A stretch of 62,014 nt of DNA, counting the filler, from Nemertoderma westbladi (lineage: Eukaryota; Animalia; Xenacoelomorpha), in assembly GCA_032718475.1 (NCBI GenBank). It is 4 parts of 4 records of this genome, joined end to end, with 100 filler letters (N's around TTAATTAATTAA, not from the genome) between each part and the next. Parts side by side here need not be neighbours in the genome. Positions count along the whole stretch, not along the records: positions 1 to 31,617 come from JAUCBJ010007013.1; positions 31,718 to 41,654 come from JAUCBJ010008358.1; 2 more parts are not named here. One strand, given 5' to 3'. Shown one piece after another: positions 25,725 to 39,820 of the stretch. Within the stretch, counting starts at the first letter, position 1, and the number at the start of each line of letters is the position of its first letter. The translations under genes were made by a program, and so were the position numbers. Under the pieces are notes generated by a model. The model saw only the letters and a list, made by a program, of their open reading frames with translations, was not told the origin of the DNA and did no database searches.

Positions 25725-27148
25725 GATACCACATGGGGCAAATTTTGTTTCTGCGACTAGTTCCTGAAACAAAAGTTGGTCAGTGTGAGGGGATCAGCAA
25801 AACGTTGCTGGACAGGACAAACTCAGAAACATTGAGCAACAAGAGTTGCTGGAAAGGAAACGCTTAGAAACATTGCACAACAAAAGTTTCTGTGTGTGAG
25901 GAGTCCAGAAACAACTTGCTGCAACATTTTTAAAAAGTTATGTTCCCTAGCTACATTTTTAAAAACTTTTATTACATCACATCTTTCAACTAGCTAATAT
26001 TAGATCATTTGAGTGACTTAATATTATACACCATGACCCGTAATATAGTGTCATTTTCTGATGACACGGACCCCCCCCCCCCCCCCCCAAATTTTTCTAC
26101 AAATCTTTATCATATTGCTTGAAATTTGAAACTCCACTAGTTCCACTCACCGTCGATGACCCCAGGAATCCGGAATTTTCGATTTTGCCTTCAAATTTTT
26201 TAATTAAAAAAAGTGTCTTTTGCGAAATCGCATACCCTCCGTATCGTGGACATTCTTCACATTAGTCGTAATTTTTTCATATCTTTAGAAAGCTTGCGTT
26301 GCAAGGATTCGAAATATGTAACAATATCTGAATTTCGTTGAGAAACAGCTGAGATATAGGCGTTCAAAGATTGCAAGAATTATCGTTCGCTGCAGGCCAT
26401 TTATTCTATTTAATAAATACACAAAATTCTAGAATGTGTTATTTATTTTATAAGCAACAGCGGTATTCCTATCCAATATATCTATTGCGTAGCTATTCAT
26501 TCTTAAACAAAATGTTCCAGAACATTGTGTATTTATTAAATAGAATAAATGGCCTCCAGCGAACGATAATTCTTGCAATCTTTGAACTCCTATATCTCAG
26601 CTGTTTCTCAATGGAATTCAGATATTGTTACAGTATTTTGAATCCTTGCAAGGCAAGCTTTCGCATGATATGTCTACGGCTTATGACTAATGTGAAGAAT
26701 GGCCACGATACGGAGGGTGCGATTTCGCAAAAGACACTTTTTTAAAACGCTTATAAAAAAATTTAAAGGCGAAATCGAAAATTCCGGCTTCATGGGGTCA
26801 TCGACGGTGAGTGGAACTAGTGGTATTTCAAATTTCAAGCAATATGATAAAGATTTGTAGAAAAATCTGGGGGGGGGGGGGGGGGGTGGGGGTCCGTGTC
26901 TTCAGAAAATGACACTATATTACGGGACATGGTGTATTGTATATAAATATGTCTGGAGATGTTGGATATTTATTTTGAAATAATGGTTATTTTATTGAGC
27001 AACAAGTTTCCCACGCGTGAGGTGCCCAGCAACAAGTTGAGGAAACAAGTATACAGAAACAAGTTGCACCAACAAGTTTCCCACGTGTGAGGGGAGGTGT
27101 CCAACAATAAGTTACAGAAACAAATTGATCCGTGCGAGGAAGGCCTTA
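25725..27148. mobile_element. Older MITE-like element with GTGTGAGG and CAACAAGTT subrepeats, hosting the foldback MITE (ends approximate)
   Basis: The same subrepeats occur on both sides of 26029-26934; right end ...CCGTGCGAGGAAGGCC. Confidence 0.4.
26029..26934. mobile_element. Foldback MITE with TA target duplication (Tc1/mariner-type ends)
   Basis: TA|CACCATGACCCGTAATATAGTGTCATTTTCTGA ... TCAGAAAATGACACTATATTACGGGACATGGTG|TA; inverted arms of about 400 bp including poly-C/poly-G. Confidence 0.9.
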
Positions 27149-27319
27149 CAACACAGTTCAGCTTCAGTGATACGACAAACAGACAGACATACATGAACAA
27201 GTTTTTTTTAAAAACTGATAATATTTTTATAAGCACGTGTATTCTTCAAAAAAATATACTTATATTGTACCCGTATACGTACAAGTTCACATGACCTTGC
27301 AATTGAAACAGGCCGATAT

Positions 27320-27560
27320 CATAAAACACCCCGCGACATGAGAGTCTGTACATGTGGTGATGTAGAGGATGAGTTCACGTTCTGGGTAGTTGCCACATTT
27401 ACACAGATATCCGTGGTAAATTTATTTCGATAAACCATAATTTATCACTTAGCGAAATCCTAGAGCTACCCGGTGCACCATCTTACGTATCTCAGATCTT
27501 CCACCATCGTAAATTCAACCGATCCTCAACCTCCACACAGTTTTGACAGCATATTATTAC
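27320..27560 (+). pseudogene. Relic of a LINE ORF2 C-terminal CCHC region
   Basis: CTCGDVEDEF(H, frameshift)...CHIYTDIRGKFI matches the C.C..EDE.H...C..Y..IR pattern. Confidence 0.5.
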
Positions 27561-28505
27561 TGATGCTAACATATCTACATTAATTAAAGGTTACCACTTA
27601 CCAATGCCCTTAATTCTTTGTTAACTTATAACCAAAATGATTATTATGTGTTTTGCTTATTATTTGTGTTATGTTTTGTATATTATTTATGTTAAGTTTT
27701 GTTCGTTATTTGTGTTATGTTTTGTTTGCTATTTGTGTTATGTTTTGTTTGTAATTTCAACCACCATTTTGCTTGAGAACCTAGCAACACTATCACCACT
27801 CTAATTATTTATTGCATTCATTATTTTGTTACGCACTATTTTGTTCTGATTCTTTCATCATTTTGTGCTGTTGTCATTTTACCTACCTGATATACATTAT
27901 TTACTTTACTTATACCCTCTATATACTTTACTTAGTTAGACCTTATATACCATTTAATATTAATACTAGAAAGTTTCAATGACTAACCCCTATAATTCGT
28001 ATTTTCTTTGGACTATATATTTTGTAAATTACAATTATATCTATTTATTCTATTGTGCTATATCATATATATCTTAGTCAATAAATTACATACATACATA
28101 TACATTAATTAGATGCAGAAATTATACAACTCGCGTTTACGTTTATAACAAAAAACATGGTTTTACTTGGTTTAAAACCGATCTAGTACAAAAATCTCCT
28201 AAATCTTGTAGTTTTAACATGTAATTTATTATGTATGTTGAAAATATGAGTATCGTCCTCGTCCATTAGCAGGAGCACTCGCATGTCTCCTAAAATACCG
28301 TCAGTGATGACTCGTGTAAAATCATCGACACCAAACGGAATGTACATACAAAACAAAAAGGGTCCATTGTGCAACCGCCCATCCCCCCCCCCCCCCCCAA
28401 AAAAAAAAAAAACACTACACAAAATGAGAAAGAAAGTTGCAAAATTTCATAAAAATGTAGATGTATTTATAAAAGAACTACGTGATTTGAGTGAAGTAAG
28501 AGTTT

Positions 28506-31500
28506 GAGCTGCTGAGTTTACATAGCATAATCTAACACTGGGACCTAGGGTGCTGGTGAGTTTACATAGCATCATCTAACACTGGGACCTAGGGTGCTGC
28601 TGAGTTTACATAGCATCATCTAACACTGGGACCTAGGGTGCTGCCGAGTTTACATAGCATCATCTAACCCTGGGTCCTTAGGTTGCTGTTGAGTTTACAT
28701 AGCATCATCTAACAATGGGACCTAGGGTGCTGCTGAGTTTACATAGCATCATCTAACCCTGGGTCCTAGGGTGCTGCTGAGTTTACATAGCATCAACACT
28801 GGGACCTAGGGTGCTGCTGAGTTTACATAGCAGCATTCTGGGACCTAGCGTGCTGCTGAGTTTACATAGCATCATCTAACAATGGGACCTAGGGTGCTGC
28901 TGAGTTTACATAGCATCATCTAACACTGGGACGTAGGGTGCTGCTGAGTTTACATAGCATCATCTAACACTGGGACCTAGGGTGCTGCTGAGTTTACATA
29001 GCATCATCTAACAATGGGACCTAGGGCGCTGCTAAGTTTACATAGCATCATGTAACACTGGGACCTAGGGTGCTGCTGAGTTTACATAGCATCAACACTG
29101 GGACCTAGGGTGCTGCTGAGTTTACATAGCATCATCTAACACTGGGACCTAGGGTGCTGCTGAGTTTACATAGCATCATCTAACAATGGGACCTAGGGTG
29201 CTGCTGAGTTTACATAGCATCATCTAACACTGGGACCTAGGGTGTTGCTGAGTTTACATAGCATCATGTAACACTGGGACCTAGGGTGCTGCTGAGTTTA
29301 CGTAGCACCATCTAACACTGGAACCTAGGGTGCTGCTGAGTTTATATAGCATCATATAACACTGGGACCTAGGGTGCTGCTGAGTTTACATAGCATCAAC
29401 ACTGGAACCTAGGGTGCTGCTGAGTTTACATAGCATCATCTAACACTCGGACCTAGTGTGCTGCTGAGTTTACATAGCATCGTATCATGTAACACTGGGA
29501 CCTAGGGTGCTGCTGAGTTTACATAGCATCATATAACACTGGGACCTAGGGTGCTGCTGAGTTTACATAGCATCAACACTGGGACCTAGGGTGCTGCTGA
29601 GTTTACATAGCATCATCTAACACTCGGACCTAGTGTGATGCTGAGTTTACATAGCATCATGTAACACTGGGACCTAGGGTGCTGCTGAGTTTACGTAGCA
29701 CCATCTAACACTGGGACCTAGGGTGCTGCTGAGTTTATATAGCATCATATAACACTGGGACCTAGGGTGCTGCTGAGTTTACATAGCATCAACACTGGGA
29801 CCTAGGGTGCTGCTGAGTTTACATAGCATCATCTAACACTCGGACCTAGTGTGCTGCTGAGTTTACATAGCATCAACACTGGGACCTAGGGTGCTGCTGA
29901 GTTTACATAGCATCATCTAACACTCGGACCTAGTGTGCTGCTGAGTTTACATAGCATCATGTAACACTGGGACCTAGGGTGCTGCTGAGTTTACATAGCA
30001 TCATATAACACTGGGACCTAGGGTGCTGCTGAGTTTACATAGCATCAACACTGGGACCTAGGGTGCTGCTGAGTTTACATAGCATCATCTAACACTCGGA
30101 CCTAGTGTGCTGCTGAGTTTACATAGCATCATGTAACACTGGGACCTAGGGTGCTGCTGAGTTTACGTAGCACCATCTAACACTGGGACCTAGGGTGTTG
30201 CTGAGTTTACATAGCATCATGTAACACTGGGACCTAGGGTGCTGCTGAGTTTACGTAGCACCATCTAACACTGGGACCTAGGGTGTTGCTGAGTTTACAT
30301 AGCATCATGTAACACTGGGACCTAGGGTGCGGCTGAGTTTACATAACATCAACACTGGGACCTAGGGTGCTGCTGAGTTTACATAGCATCATCTAACAAT
30401 GGGACCTAGGGTGCTGCTGAGTTTACATAGCATCATGTAACACTGGGACCTAGGGTGCTGCTGAGTTTACATAGCATCAACACTGGGACATAGGGTGCTG
30501 CTGAGTTTACATAGCATCATCTAACACTCGGACCTAGTGTGCTGCTGAGTTTACATAGCATCATGTAACACTGGGACCTAGGGTGCTGCTGAGTTTACGT
30601 AGCACCATCTAACACTGGGACCTAGGGTGCTGCTGAGTTTATATAGCATCATATAACACTGGGACCTAGGGTGCTGCTGAGTTTACATAGCATCAACACT
30701 GGGACCTAGGGTGCTGCTGAGTTTACATAGCATCATCTAACACTCGGACCTAGTGTGCTGCTGAGTTTACATAGCATCATGTAACACTGGGACCTAGGGT
30801 GCTGCTGAGTTTACATAGCATCATATAACACTGGGACCTAGGGTGCTGCTGAGTTTACATAGCATCAACACTGGGACCTAGGGTGCTGCTGAGTTTACAT
30901 AGCATCATCTAACACTCGGACCTAGTGTGCTGCTGAGTTTACATAGCATCATGTAACACTGGGACCTAGGATGCTGCTGAGTTTACGTAGCACCATCTAA
31001 CACTGGGACCTAGGGTGCTGCTGAGTTTATATAGCATCATATAACACTGGGACCTAGGGTGCTGCTGAGTTTACATAGCATCAACACTGGGACCTAGGGT
31101 GCTGCTGAGTTTACATAGCATCATCTAACACTCGGGCCTAGTGTGCTGCTGAGTTTACATAGCATCATGTAACACTGGGACCTAGGGTGCTGCTGAGTTT
31201 ACATAGCATCATCTAACACTGGGACCTAGGGTGCTGCTGAGTTTACATAGCACATCTAACCCTGGGTCCTAGGGTGCTGCTGAGTTTACATAACATCAAC
31301 ACTGGGACCTAGGGTGCTGCTGAGTTTACATAGCATCATCTAACACTGGGACCTAGGGTGCTGCTGAGTTTACATAGCATCATCTAACCCTGGGACCTAG
31401 GGTGCTGCTGAGTTTACATAGCATATTCTAACACTGGGACCTAGGGTGCTGCTGAGTTTACATAGCATCAACACTGGGACCTAGGGTGCTGCTGAGTTTA

Positions 31501-31617
31501 CATAGCATCATCTAACACTGGGACCTAGGGTGCTGCTGAGTTTACATAGCATCATGCGAGACTGGGACCTAGGGTGCTGCTGAGTTTACATAGCATCATA
31601 TAAGACTGGGACCTATG
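28506..31617. repeat. Satellite, 44-bp unit GGGTGCTGCTGAGTTTACATAGCATCATCTAACACTGGGACCTA (40-bp variants), about 70 copies, running into a gap
   Basis: Period 44 (for example 28561 to 28605); variant monomers recur in a fixed order. Confidence 0.97.
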
Positions 31618-31717
31618 NNNNNNNNNNNNNNNNNNNNNNNNNNNNNNNNNNNNNNNNNNNNTTAATTAATTAANNNNNNNNNNNNNNNNNNNNNNNNNNN
31701 NNNNNNNNNNNNNNNNN
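31618..31717. other. Assembly gap spacer
   Basis: N-run, TTAATTAATTAA, N-run, 100 bp; identical spacers at 41655 and 53279. Confidence 0.95.
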
Positions 31718-32061
31718 GACTTTAGCTCTCTTATTTTCCAAGAATCCCGTTCAACACATGTAATCAGCAGTGAGACAGGATAATTTCAGTTCAGTAGCTC
31801 GGGATTGGTCGAAATCAGAACTAACTCAACGCAGGGCTATGGGTAACTGGGGCAACCTTCCCAAGCCGGCTGGCCAATCGAACAGCTCAGATCCCTCCTA
31901 AAGGATTCCAACGCCTTGGAGGGGGGAACTGGTTAGCAAAGAAAACAAATCAGTCATATCCCAGAAAAACCTTTACAGTAGGTTTCAGAGTATTTTAGCG
32001 TATGGGGGAAAAACTGGGTTGCGGGGCGAAGGGCCAGTTACATCCCACAGAAGCTTTTACA
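31718..32061 (-). mobile_element. LTR fragment related to the BEL LTR at 4900-5243, abutting (probably inserted into) an RTE fragment
   Basis: Shares TCCCGTTCAACACA, GCAGTGAGA.AGGA, TTTCAGTTCAG and GGGGGAACTGG blocks and the CCCACA.AAGCTTTTACA terminus. Confidence 0.7.
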
Positions 32062-32418
32062 CCACCACAACTCCCTATCACCCATGACATTTGCTAGATC
32101 ATCCGCATCTTCAAGGCCAGTGTCCTATAAGATGCGTCTCAAGAAAGTCATGGGCTGTCCATCATGCTTATTCACTCCATGAGGCTGCCAAAGCACAAGA
32201 TTATCCACTGGCTGGTCCTCACGGCGAAAACAATGTCCTGCAAAGCGGAGGCGACTTTGTTCTAGTGTCAAGCTTGAGGGAACCAATGAGACACCTCCAA
32301 TGTTATATAGTGTCTGGTTGGAGATGTGTGCATTGTACTTGACATAATGAACCCGACGTAGCATTCTTGTGAATGTGTCATCCAGAGATTTGGTGTCCTC
32401 AGCAGTTAGAGCCCACAC
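32062..32418 (-). pseudogene. RTE LINE 3' fragment
   Basis: WALTAEDTKSLDDTFTRMLRRV...RLRFAGHCFR; close paralogue of 42040-42390. Confidence 0.85.
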
Positions 32419-34159
32419 CTCACCTAATTAATCACCTAACTGTTTAGTGCCATTGGATATATACTGGGCTGTTGCTAACCAGCAATGGAAGCCAGAAAGT
32501 CCAGGTATATTTGGTTTCCTTGGAAGCATTAAAGTATGCTATATATAGATAAAGTGTGGATGAAAGAGGAAATTGTGGATAGAGTATAGATGAAGTGTTG
32601 AACATGGAGCAATTTATGACCTTTCTGAATTGAGACAGACATCAAACATCTCAGTATATCTGCCTTTGTTGTTGGTGACCTTAAGAGAGTCATAGTTACT
32701 CACCGCCGTTCCCCTGACTAGCCAAGTCATCAGAACGACGGGCATATGCCACCTGCCGTCACTAAGAGCACTCGAATTTCACCGAGGTATATATGCTTTT
32801 CCCATTGACACGCTTCTGAACATGCACCCGGGTGCCGGGTGTTGGTGCCTTTTCCGTGTGTGTAGATTTAGCTACCACATGCGGTTTCTCAAATGGGCAT
32901 ACCAGCTAGTGTTGTGCTCTGGTATGGCAGGATCCCATTGAGTGCGTGGATCAGATGGCAACCCTAGCGAACATAGTTCACCAGACACGGCTTTACGAAT
33001 AAGTTGGAATTACCGTTTTGCAGGTCAGCAATATGCTACTACTGCAGTTGGAGTGCAACAGATGTGATCCCCTTGATTTGCTCTATGGCTTCAGCAAGTG
33101 TGGCTGTCACTCTTGCCAATTGACCGCAATCGAGTTAACTATGTAACCATGGATGATGCACTGACCACGAACCGTAGACCCCAAGCAAGGAGCTATCTAC
33201 TCCAACGACCACCTAGAGCTGTATATTAAACAGTTAGGTTATAGGTTATCAGCAGTAATCGCGGCTCGAAACTAGGGCCACATGTGAGAGGCTGTGGAAC
33301 ACTGAGCCACAAGGTAGGACTCAGTGAGCAGCCTTACATGCATGACCCCAAGCATAACTCCCATATCAACACAGACTCTCATGTTTACTAATGAAGTTAC
33401 CATAGTTGGATGAACACCTATGTCCTTGTGCCATTGCCATCGCCTTGCTAGGTGTGCCAATCCTATTACCAACTCTTACCACAGGGAGGTGGGTGGTTGG
33501 TCTTTTAACACATTATTTCAGTATCACGGAGGGGGTCCCCAAAGGGTCAACATCTTCAATGCGGAGGTGTAGTCAATACCTCACATCCTGGTACAGCAAT
33601 TTAACCACTGTCCTTGTCCAAGTGGCATGTTAAATCTACTTACGCACAGGTTGCTACATCGCAGTTTGCTACCACTTTTTGGGGTCATCTCTGAGTTGCT
33701 AGAGACTGAGACACCACACTTTTACATGCGCACTCACACTCTATTTACCTGAAATACTATCCAGGAGAATGCCTTAGGCACAAAGTCCCTTGGACTGACT
33801 GAATCTGAACCCCCAGGAAGCCTTGGGAACGAGTCCTTCGGACTAATACCTGTGGGTGCAACAACCAAGACCTGCTTTACGCTATCTGATCAAGCCCAAC
33901 TTCCAGTTAATCCCTTTCCTTGCACAGAGTGCCCTGGCAGCCATGAACCGAGGCTATGAAATCATAGGCCATACATTATCCCAACAATATATTATCCTCC
34001 CTCGTGGAAAGGGAAACAGATTTATCCACCCTGGCAATGACCGGAAACTGACACCATCCAGCTCGGTCAGAGACCCTTCCATTGGTTTCACAGTATCATG
34101 GTCCGCATGCCCCATATGTTTGCCTAATATCCCACATATGGGCATCATCTCAATAGAGC

Positions 34160-35960
34160 AATAGAGCCTATGTATCAGAGAAGTGTACTCCTACAATTTC
34201 ACTTAACCCATGAGCTACAAAGCTAGCCTTGCAATTCTCAACAGAACCATCATCTTTATACTTATGTTTAAATACCCATTTATTCGTTATAAACTTAAGA
34301 AGTAAGTTTTACGTGAGATGGCTGATGTTGATATTTTGAATGGTGATCTTGAACCCATTACTTATAATGATGTTGTCAGTAGTGAAAATTCTAATGAGTG
34401 GAAACGGGCAATAATAAGTAAATAATATTACCTGGTCACTAACTACCATTCCAATGCCATACCATTCCAAATGCATGATATATTACCCCAATACTTGGCA
34501 TTATTATCAAAAATATAGAGACCATATAGTAATCCGGTTTATTCCAATTTCTAACAGGTCGTTCTATGACTTCTACATTATCAAAGTGTTCATTATTAAC
34601 ACTCGAAGCCTCGTAATGGATTATGAACTTGAACATCATTATTATCTCTTCCTGCATCGATATCAGCAACCTACTCTATATTGTTATCTCTTCCTAGATC
34701 GATATCAGCAACCTCATCTTCATCATTGAAATGAAGGGATAACTCCTGAAACTCATCAAATTCCTGTCTTGTTCTATCACCACCCTTACCCGCCATCTCA
34801 TTGAAAATCACTTAAAGATATGTAAATACGACCATCAGCAAATATGAGATATCCCCTACTGTTCGTAGAATGACCAACAAATATGTCTGTCGATTGAAAG
34901 TATCTCTAAACACAAAACAAAATCTTTCATAAGGCGTTATTGAATTCAGCAATGAAGAAGAAATACACGATTGCGTATATAACATACAGTATTCACTGTC
35001 CAGTTTCTTCTTAGTCAACTTGGCATGTATCAACATTGCTCTCGCTGACTCAAATAATTCTTAAAACTTTTTACTCAAAAATTTTTATTACTCAAAAAGT
35101 TATAAATAAATGTTCTGCAACACCATTATGTTGTGGTGTATATGGGACTGTGAATTGATGCTTTATACTGTTATCAATACAAAATTTATTCATATTAATT
35201 GATGAATATTCTCCACCACAGTCACTTCTCAAAGTTTCCATTATTAAATCTGGTTTACCCAAATCTGGTTTACCCAAATCTGGTTTACCCAAATCTGGTT
35301 TACCCAAATCTGGTTTACCCAAATCTGGTTTACCCAAATCTGGTTTACCCAAATCTGGTTTACCCAAATCTGGTTTACCATACTCGGCAATAAATTGCTT
35401 TAATGGATCCAAAGCTACTGATTTGTATTTCATATAAAATATGTGACACTCAAATGGTTTATTCGTTTTCCCTTTAGTTTTCTTTGGAATTGGTGCACGA
35501 GTCATCTTAGTTAAAGAACAATCTTCGCAAAAATCCCTTTCTATGTTGATTTTATCCAAATCTGGAAGTGTGGAAAACACACTATTTAAATACTTTGATC
35601 TGACATGTCCCAGTCAAATCTATGAGCCTTCCTTGTCTATATTAAATGATGCCTGACTCTGAATAAGCAATTTTTCACATTTAATGAAATCCACTTTCCA
35701 AAAGCGTTTTTGTTTTTTGTTTTTGTTTTATGTACGTTCATTCCACCGTCTGCGTGGAGTTCATTCCACCATGTTGTTAGCTTTATGTCTCTTCCACTGT
35801 GTTGCTATCTATCATCAATTGTTCATGTTCATTATCGTCCTTCGTATGTCCCATATGTCTTGTATACTGTCTGTATCATTATCTGTTTAATACTCAGTCC
35901 GTATCATTTCATCTCCTGTTTAATAATATCCAGTCCATATATACAATATTAATACTGTGA
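34160..35960 (-). mobile_element. Degenerate Ty1/Copia internal region (pre-integrase, integrase, RT start) with a small internal inversion
   Basis: Integrase LRSDCGGEY...HQFTVPYTPQHNGVAE (35092-35580); RPVRNWNKPDYY; RT start NKWVFKHKYKDDGSVENCKASFVAHG (about 34285-34200). EPITYNDVVSSENSNEWKRAI reads on the + strand at about 34350-34412. Confidence 0.8.
35246..35380. repeat. 15-bp tandem repeat AAATCTGGTTTACCC x9 inside the Copia integrase (GKPDL repeats)
   Basis: Read directly; in frame in ORF 35092-35580. Confidence 0.95.
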
Positions 35961-38916
35961 AAACTAAAACTAGCGGCCCGTGAAGCAAGTCGTAGGAGAC
36001 AGTACGAGTCAAGTAAAAACCTTTTGTTCTGTCTGATAATAAATTAGTGTGAGGGTAGTCCCGGTGGTGTACGAGAAATTTTCTACACAACTTCAAACTA
36101 TAATTATTATGTTGTAATCATCTCATGAATTATAAAAGCTGTTTGTGATCATAGAAGATAAAGAGCAGTTAGCGAAATGATTATTTTGTTCTATCGGATA
36201 GAGTAGTCGGAGTCTCAGAGAGGAGTCGAGGTGTCAATAGATTAATAATAATAACAGCAGTTGTCATGAATTCAATACAATCGCACACAAGAAGTGATAA
36301 GACAAATTCGTTTTTATTTTTGTAATAAATAAAACAAGTTGAGATGTTTCAATGTAAACCGTGATTAACAATTTACACTGTACAATGTAAACCACGATAT
36401 TAATTAAATACAACAATTATATTATAATTATAACAGACTTTTATACTTCAATCTATAATGTTAGCCTTATTTATTTATTTATTTATTTATTTCGTACATA
36501 TTAAATTGCATTACAACAACTAATAGTACAGCATACATAGTGGAAAAGCACAAGAATATGAATATGAGCCTAACTAAATACTGTAGTACAATATTGAATA
36601 TATATATAATGCTAATTACGTAGTACAACTAAATATCAATATAACGATCGCCTAGTTCAACTAGTAAATAGTTACAAAGTGTTTACAATAATTACAAATT
36701 AGATCAACAAATCGATATACATTTACAATCGTCGTATCACATATGAAAAATTGAAAAATCCTATTTAAATTATAATTTCTGGATTATTTCTAAAGGTTAC
36801 GAAGCACATATATAATTTAAAATATCATTAAGTTCTTCTGTGGAGAAACCTGGTACGAATAAATCGTCCTCCCCATGTTTACAATTGACCAATTCACGAC
36901 AAAGATTAATATATGGTAAATTAGAATCATTTATAAACCAAGAAATATTATTGCACATTTTTGCTGTCACACAATGAATAGCTACATTACATTTATTGGC
37001 GATACGCTTAAGATTCGTACCACTAATCGACCTACAGTCGTATAATGTAATATTTGCAAGAAAACGAATACTAGGTTTTGCGCAATTAGAAATTGATGTG
37101 GCAAAATTAACAAAGCGGCTGCATAAACATCGTCATAGGATACGGAAAATTTGAAAGCCCCTCAACAAAAAATCTGTGTGTGTTGTAAGGTAATTTCTAG
37201 GTTAAACGAAAGTTAATATTCCAACTAGTAATCAGCTTATGACAACTATCACTCCAAATATCCCATAGATTACTACCCTAGAAACTTGTAGCAAAAATGC
37301 GCTGAATTTTACAGAAACTGTGTGGCTGAGCAAAGCTAAATTTACGTCTAATACAATTCAATTTACCTATAAATTTACCTCTTTTACATAAAATATCTTT
37401 ATAGAATTTGCCCTCAAAATCAAAAATGTTTCCCAAATGTGTCGCTTCTTTAACCCATGGTAAAATAATGTTACGAATACGAACAGTAGCTACTGGGACA
37501 TTCCAACTGAAATCAAAAGGGATGCACTTCGATTTACTTTTAACCGCGTCACGGTTGGTACTAAACGACATATGAAATTCATCAGCAAACGTGACACATA
37601 TATTTAACATCTGTTGCAACCCGATAATTGACGGGCACACTAAGAAAATATCGTCAGCGTATACGAACGCACCTACAAATCTGGACGCAATGTGGCAACC
37701 AAGGCCACTGGCTCTAAGTTTAATAATTAATTTGTTTATAATAACACAAAACAAAATCGGCGAAGCCACTGAACCTTGTCTGACACCATTGCCAATACTG
37801 AAAGTTCTAGAACATGTTGAACCCCACTTGACAAAACAACATTGACCATTATACATAAATAATAATGTACGCAAAAACAACGGAAAAAACCCTTTATGAA
37901 AAGTTCTAGGAATAACGACTTCCATTCAATCATATCAAATGCCTTAGTTAAATCTAATAAGCATCCAAGTTTGGTCGTTCTTAACAATCTCTTCTCAACA
38001 ATCAATAAGCATCCAAAAACAGGGGTGGAAAATCTACGATAAAATGCAATTGTTTCCTTAGCAGCCCAAGTACACATGGAGGTACTCGAGTTACGCTGAA
38101 AGCCAAATTGCAATTCATCAAGATCGAATGCATCACCTTATGACAATGAACATTTCCCATTCGAATACTTTAACTAATAGTGATGAAATCGCAATAGCAC
38201 GGTAATTGGCTGAATTTGAAATACTCCCTAACTTATCTTTAATTAAAGGTACCAAAGCAAATTTCAATAAAAATAATGGTACATAACCATGCAACAAAAA
38301 TTTGTTAAATAAACACGAAAAATGTATAGCCAAATCAGAGTTAGCATTCTTTAAGCAGTCCAAATTAAAATCGGATTCTACAATCAGATTTAGCAACCTT
38401 TAGCTTATTCAGAGCTAATGATACTAAGTGTGGCGTAATAATATTGCATTCATTCCTACTATAATTATGTAACACTTCATTAATTTTATATTCAATGGAT
38501 GAAGTATCTGACTCATAACCCTGGTTAAATAAATTGTATAAATCGAAGCAAATTGATTCGCAATATCAACATTATCAGTAACCCCATCTACATTAGAACT
38601 ACAATTATTAGAATTAATACCACGCAATTTATTAATTATTGAAAATAAATTAGAACTGGGATCGTTAAGACATGCATGTAACAATTAATCTTTATTTATT
38701 GTATCCACCTGGCGTTGTAAACGCCAAACAGCGTACTGGTACTGCGCTCTAGATGAACGCCGCATGTGGAATAAGTTGCCTACCGAAGCATACGGACGTC
38801 CGGCAGAGACCCAAACGCTATGCCAAAAAATGGCTTCTTCACGGAAAGGCCGAACGTGTTCACAGTGGCGGCGTTAGGGCCCCCCGAACCACCCGATCGG
38901 GTGGGGGGGGGGGGGG

Positions 38917-39087
38917 CGAGCACGCCGGGGCCACGAGCACGCAGGGGCCCCGAGCACGCAGGGGCCCCGAGCACGCAGGGGCCCCGAGCACGCAGGGGCC
39001 CCGAGCACGCAGGGGCCCCGAGCACGCAGGGGCCCCGATCACGCCGGGGTCCAGAGCACGCCGGGGCCCCGAGCACACCAGGGCCCT
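38917..39087. repeat. GC-rich 17-bp tandem repeat CGAGCACGCAGGGGCCC (hAT subterminal)
   Basis: About 10 copies; explains the four overlapping ORFs at 38753-39417. Confidence 0.9.
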
Positions 39088-39375
39088 ACATAGCCAATAC
39101 TTCAATATGAGCCATGGCAACAGAGCCAGACCAAAGGGGCTAGGTGAGTTAGGTATACTCAAGGGCGCGTCTAGGGGGGGGTATGGGGCTCGATCCCCCC
39201 CCCCCCTCCCCACCCCCTCCAAACTGCATGGGCATGGCCTGTCTATTTGAGAACGTTTATTTGGGTATTGTATTAGTTTAATTTTGAGCTGGGTTGAACA
39301 TAATTCGATGAAAGGCAGTGTTATAGTACTATATCCCACGACACAGAAACAAAAGCCTAAGATCCCACCAAACAT

Positions 39376-39820
39376 GGACGGTGTTAGGCAAAAGGGTGTT
39401 ATGCCACAAAAGTTCAATTTGAGATAATCTATGTTTTCAAGTTTTTGTGCTAGAATATAGCATTTTCTCCGAAATATTGATCAAAATGTGGCTTAACACC
39501 TTTTGGAAAACTTCATATTTGGCAAAACGTTAAATTGTCAAAAGGTGTCATACTGTAGGCCTACTTGCAAAAAGATGTCAAGCCACACAATTATTATGTG
39601 GATTAAATCTTTTTTGTAATATTATTTGTGGTTTAACACTCTTTGACTAAATCACAAATCCGGATTGTGGCTTAACTTTCTCGTATTTTTAAGGCATTTC
39701 TTCGTATTATTGGGCAATAGGATCTCATAATTAGGTAGATTACACTTTCCTCTATCGAATGATACCAAAAACTCAATTTCAACAAAATGTTGGATAACAC
39801 CTTTTTGCATAACACCGTCC
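39376..39820. mobile_element. MITE with 4-bp TSD (Sola-like), nested in the hAT element
   Basis: TIR GGACGGTGTTA.GCAAAA.GGTGTTA at both ends; TSD ACAT at 39372-39375 and 39821-39824. Confidence 0.8.

Noticed and set aside
26371-26745. 124-aa ORF
   Set aside because: Lies across the centre of the foldback MITE and has no recognisable domain.
31661-31674. TTAATTAATTAA palindrome inside N-runs (three times)
   Set aside because: Identical artificial spacer with stops in all frames; not biological.
38753-39417. Four overlapping Gly/Pro/Arg-rich ORFs
   Set aside because: Produced by a stop-free 17-bp GC-rich repeat in the hAT element.
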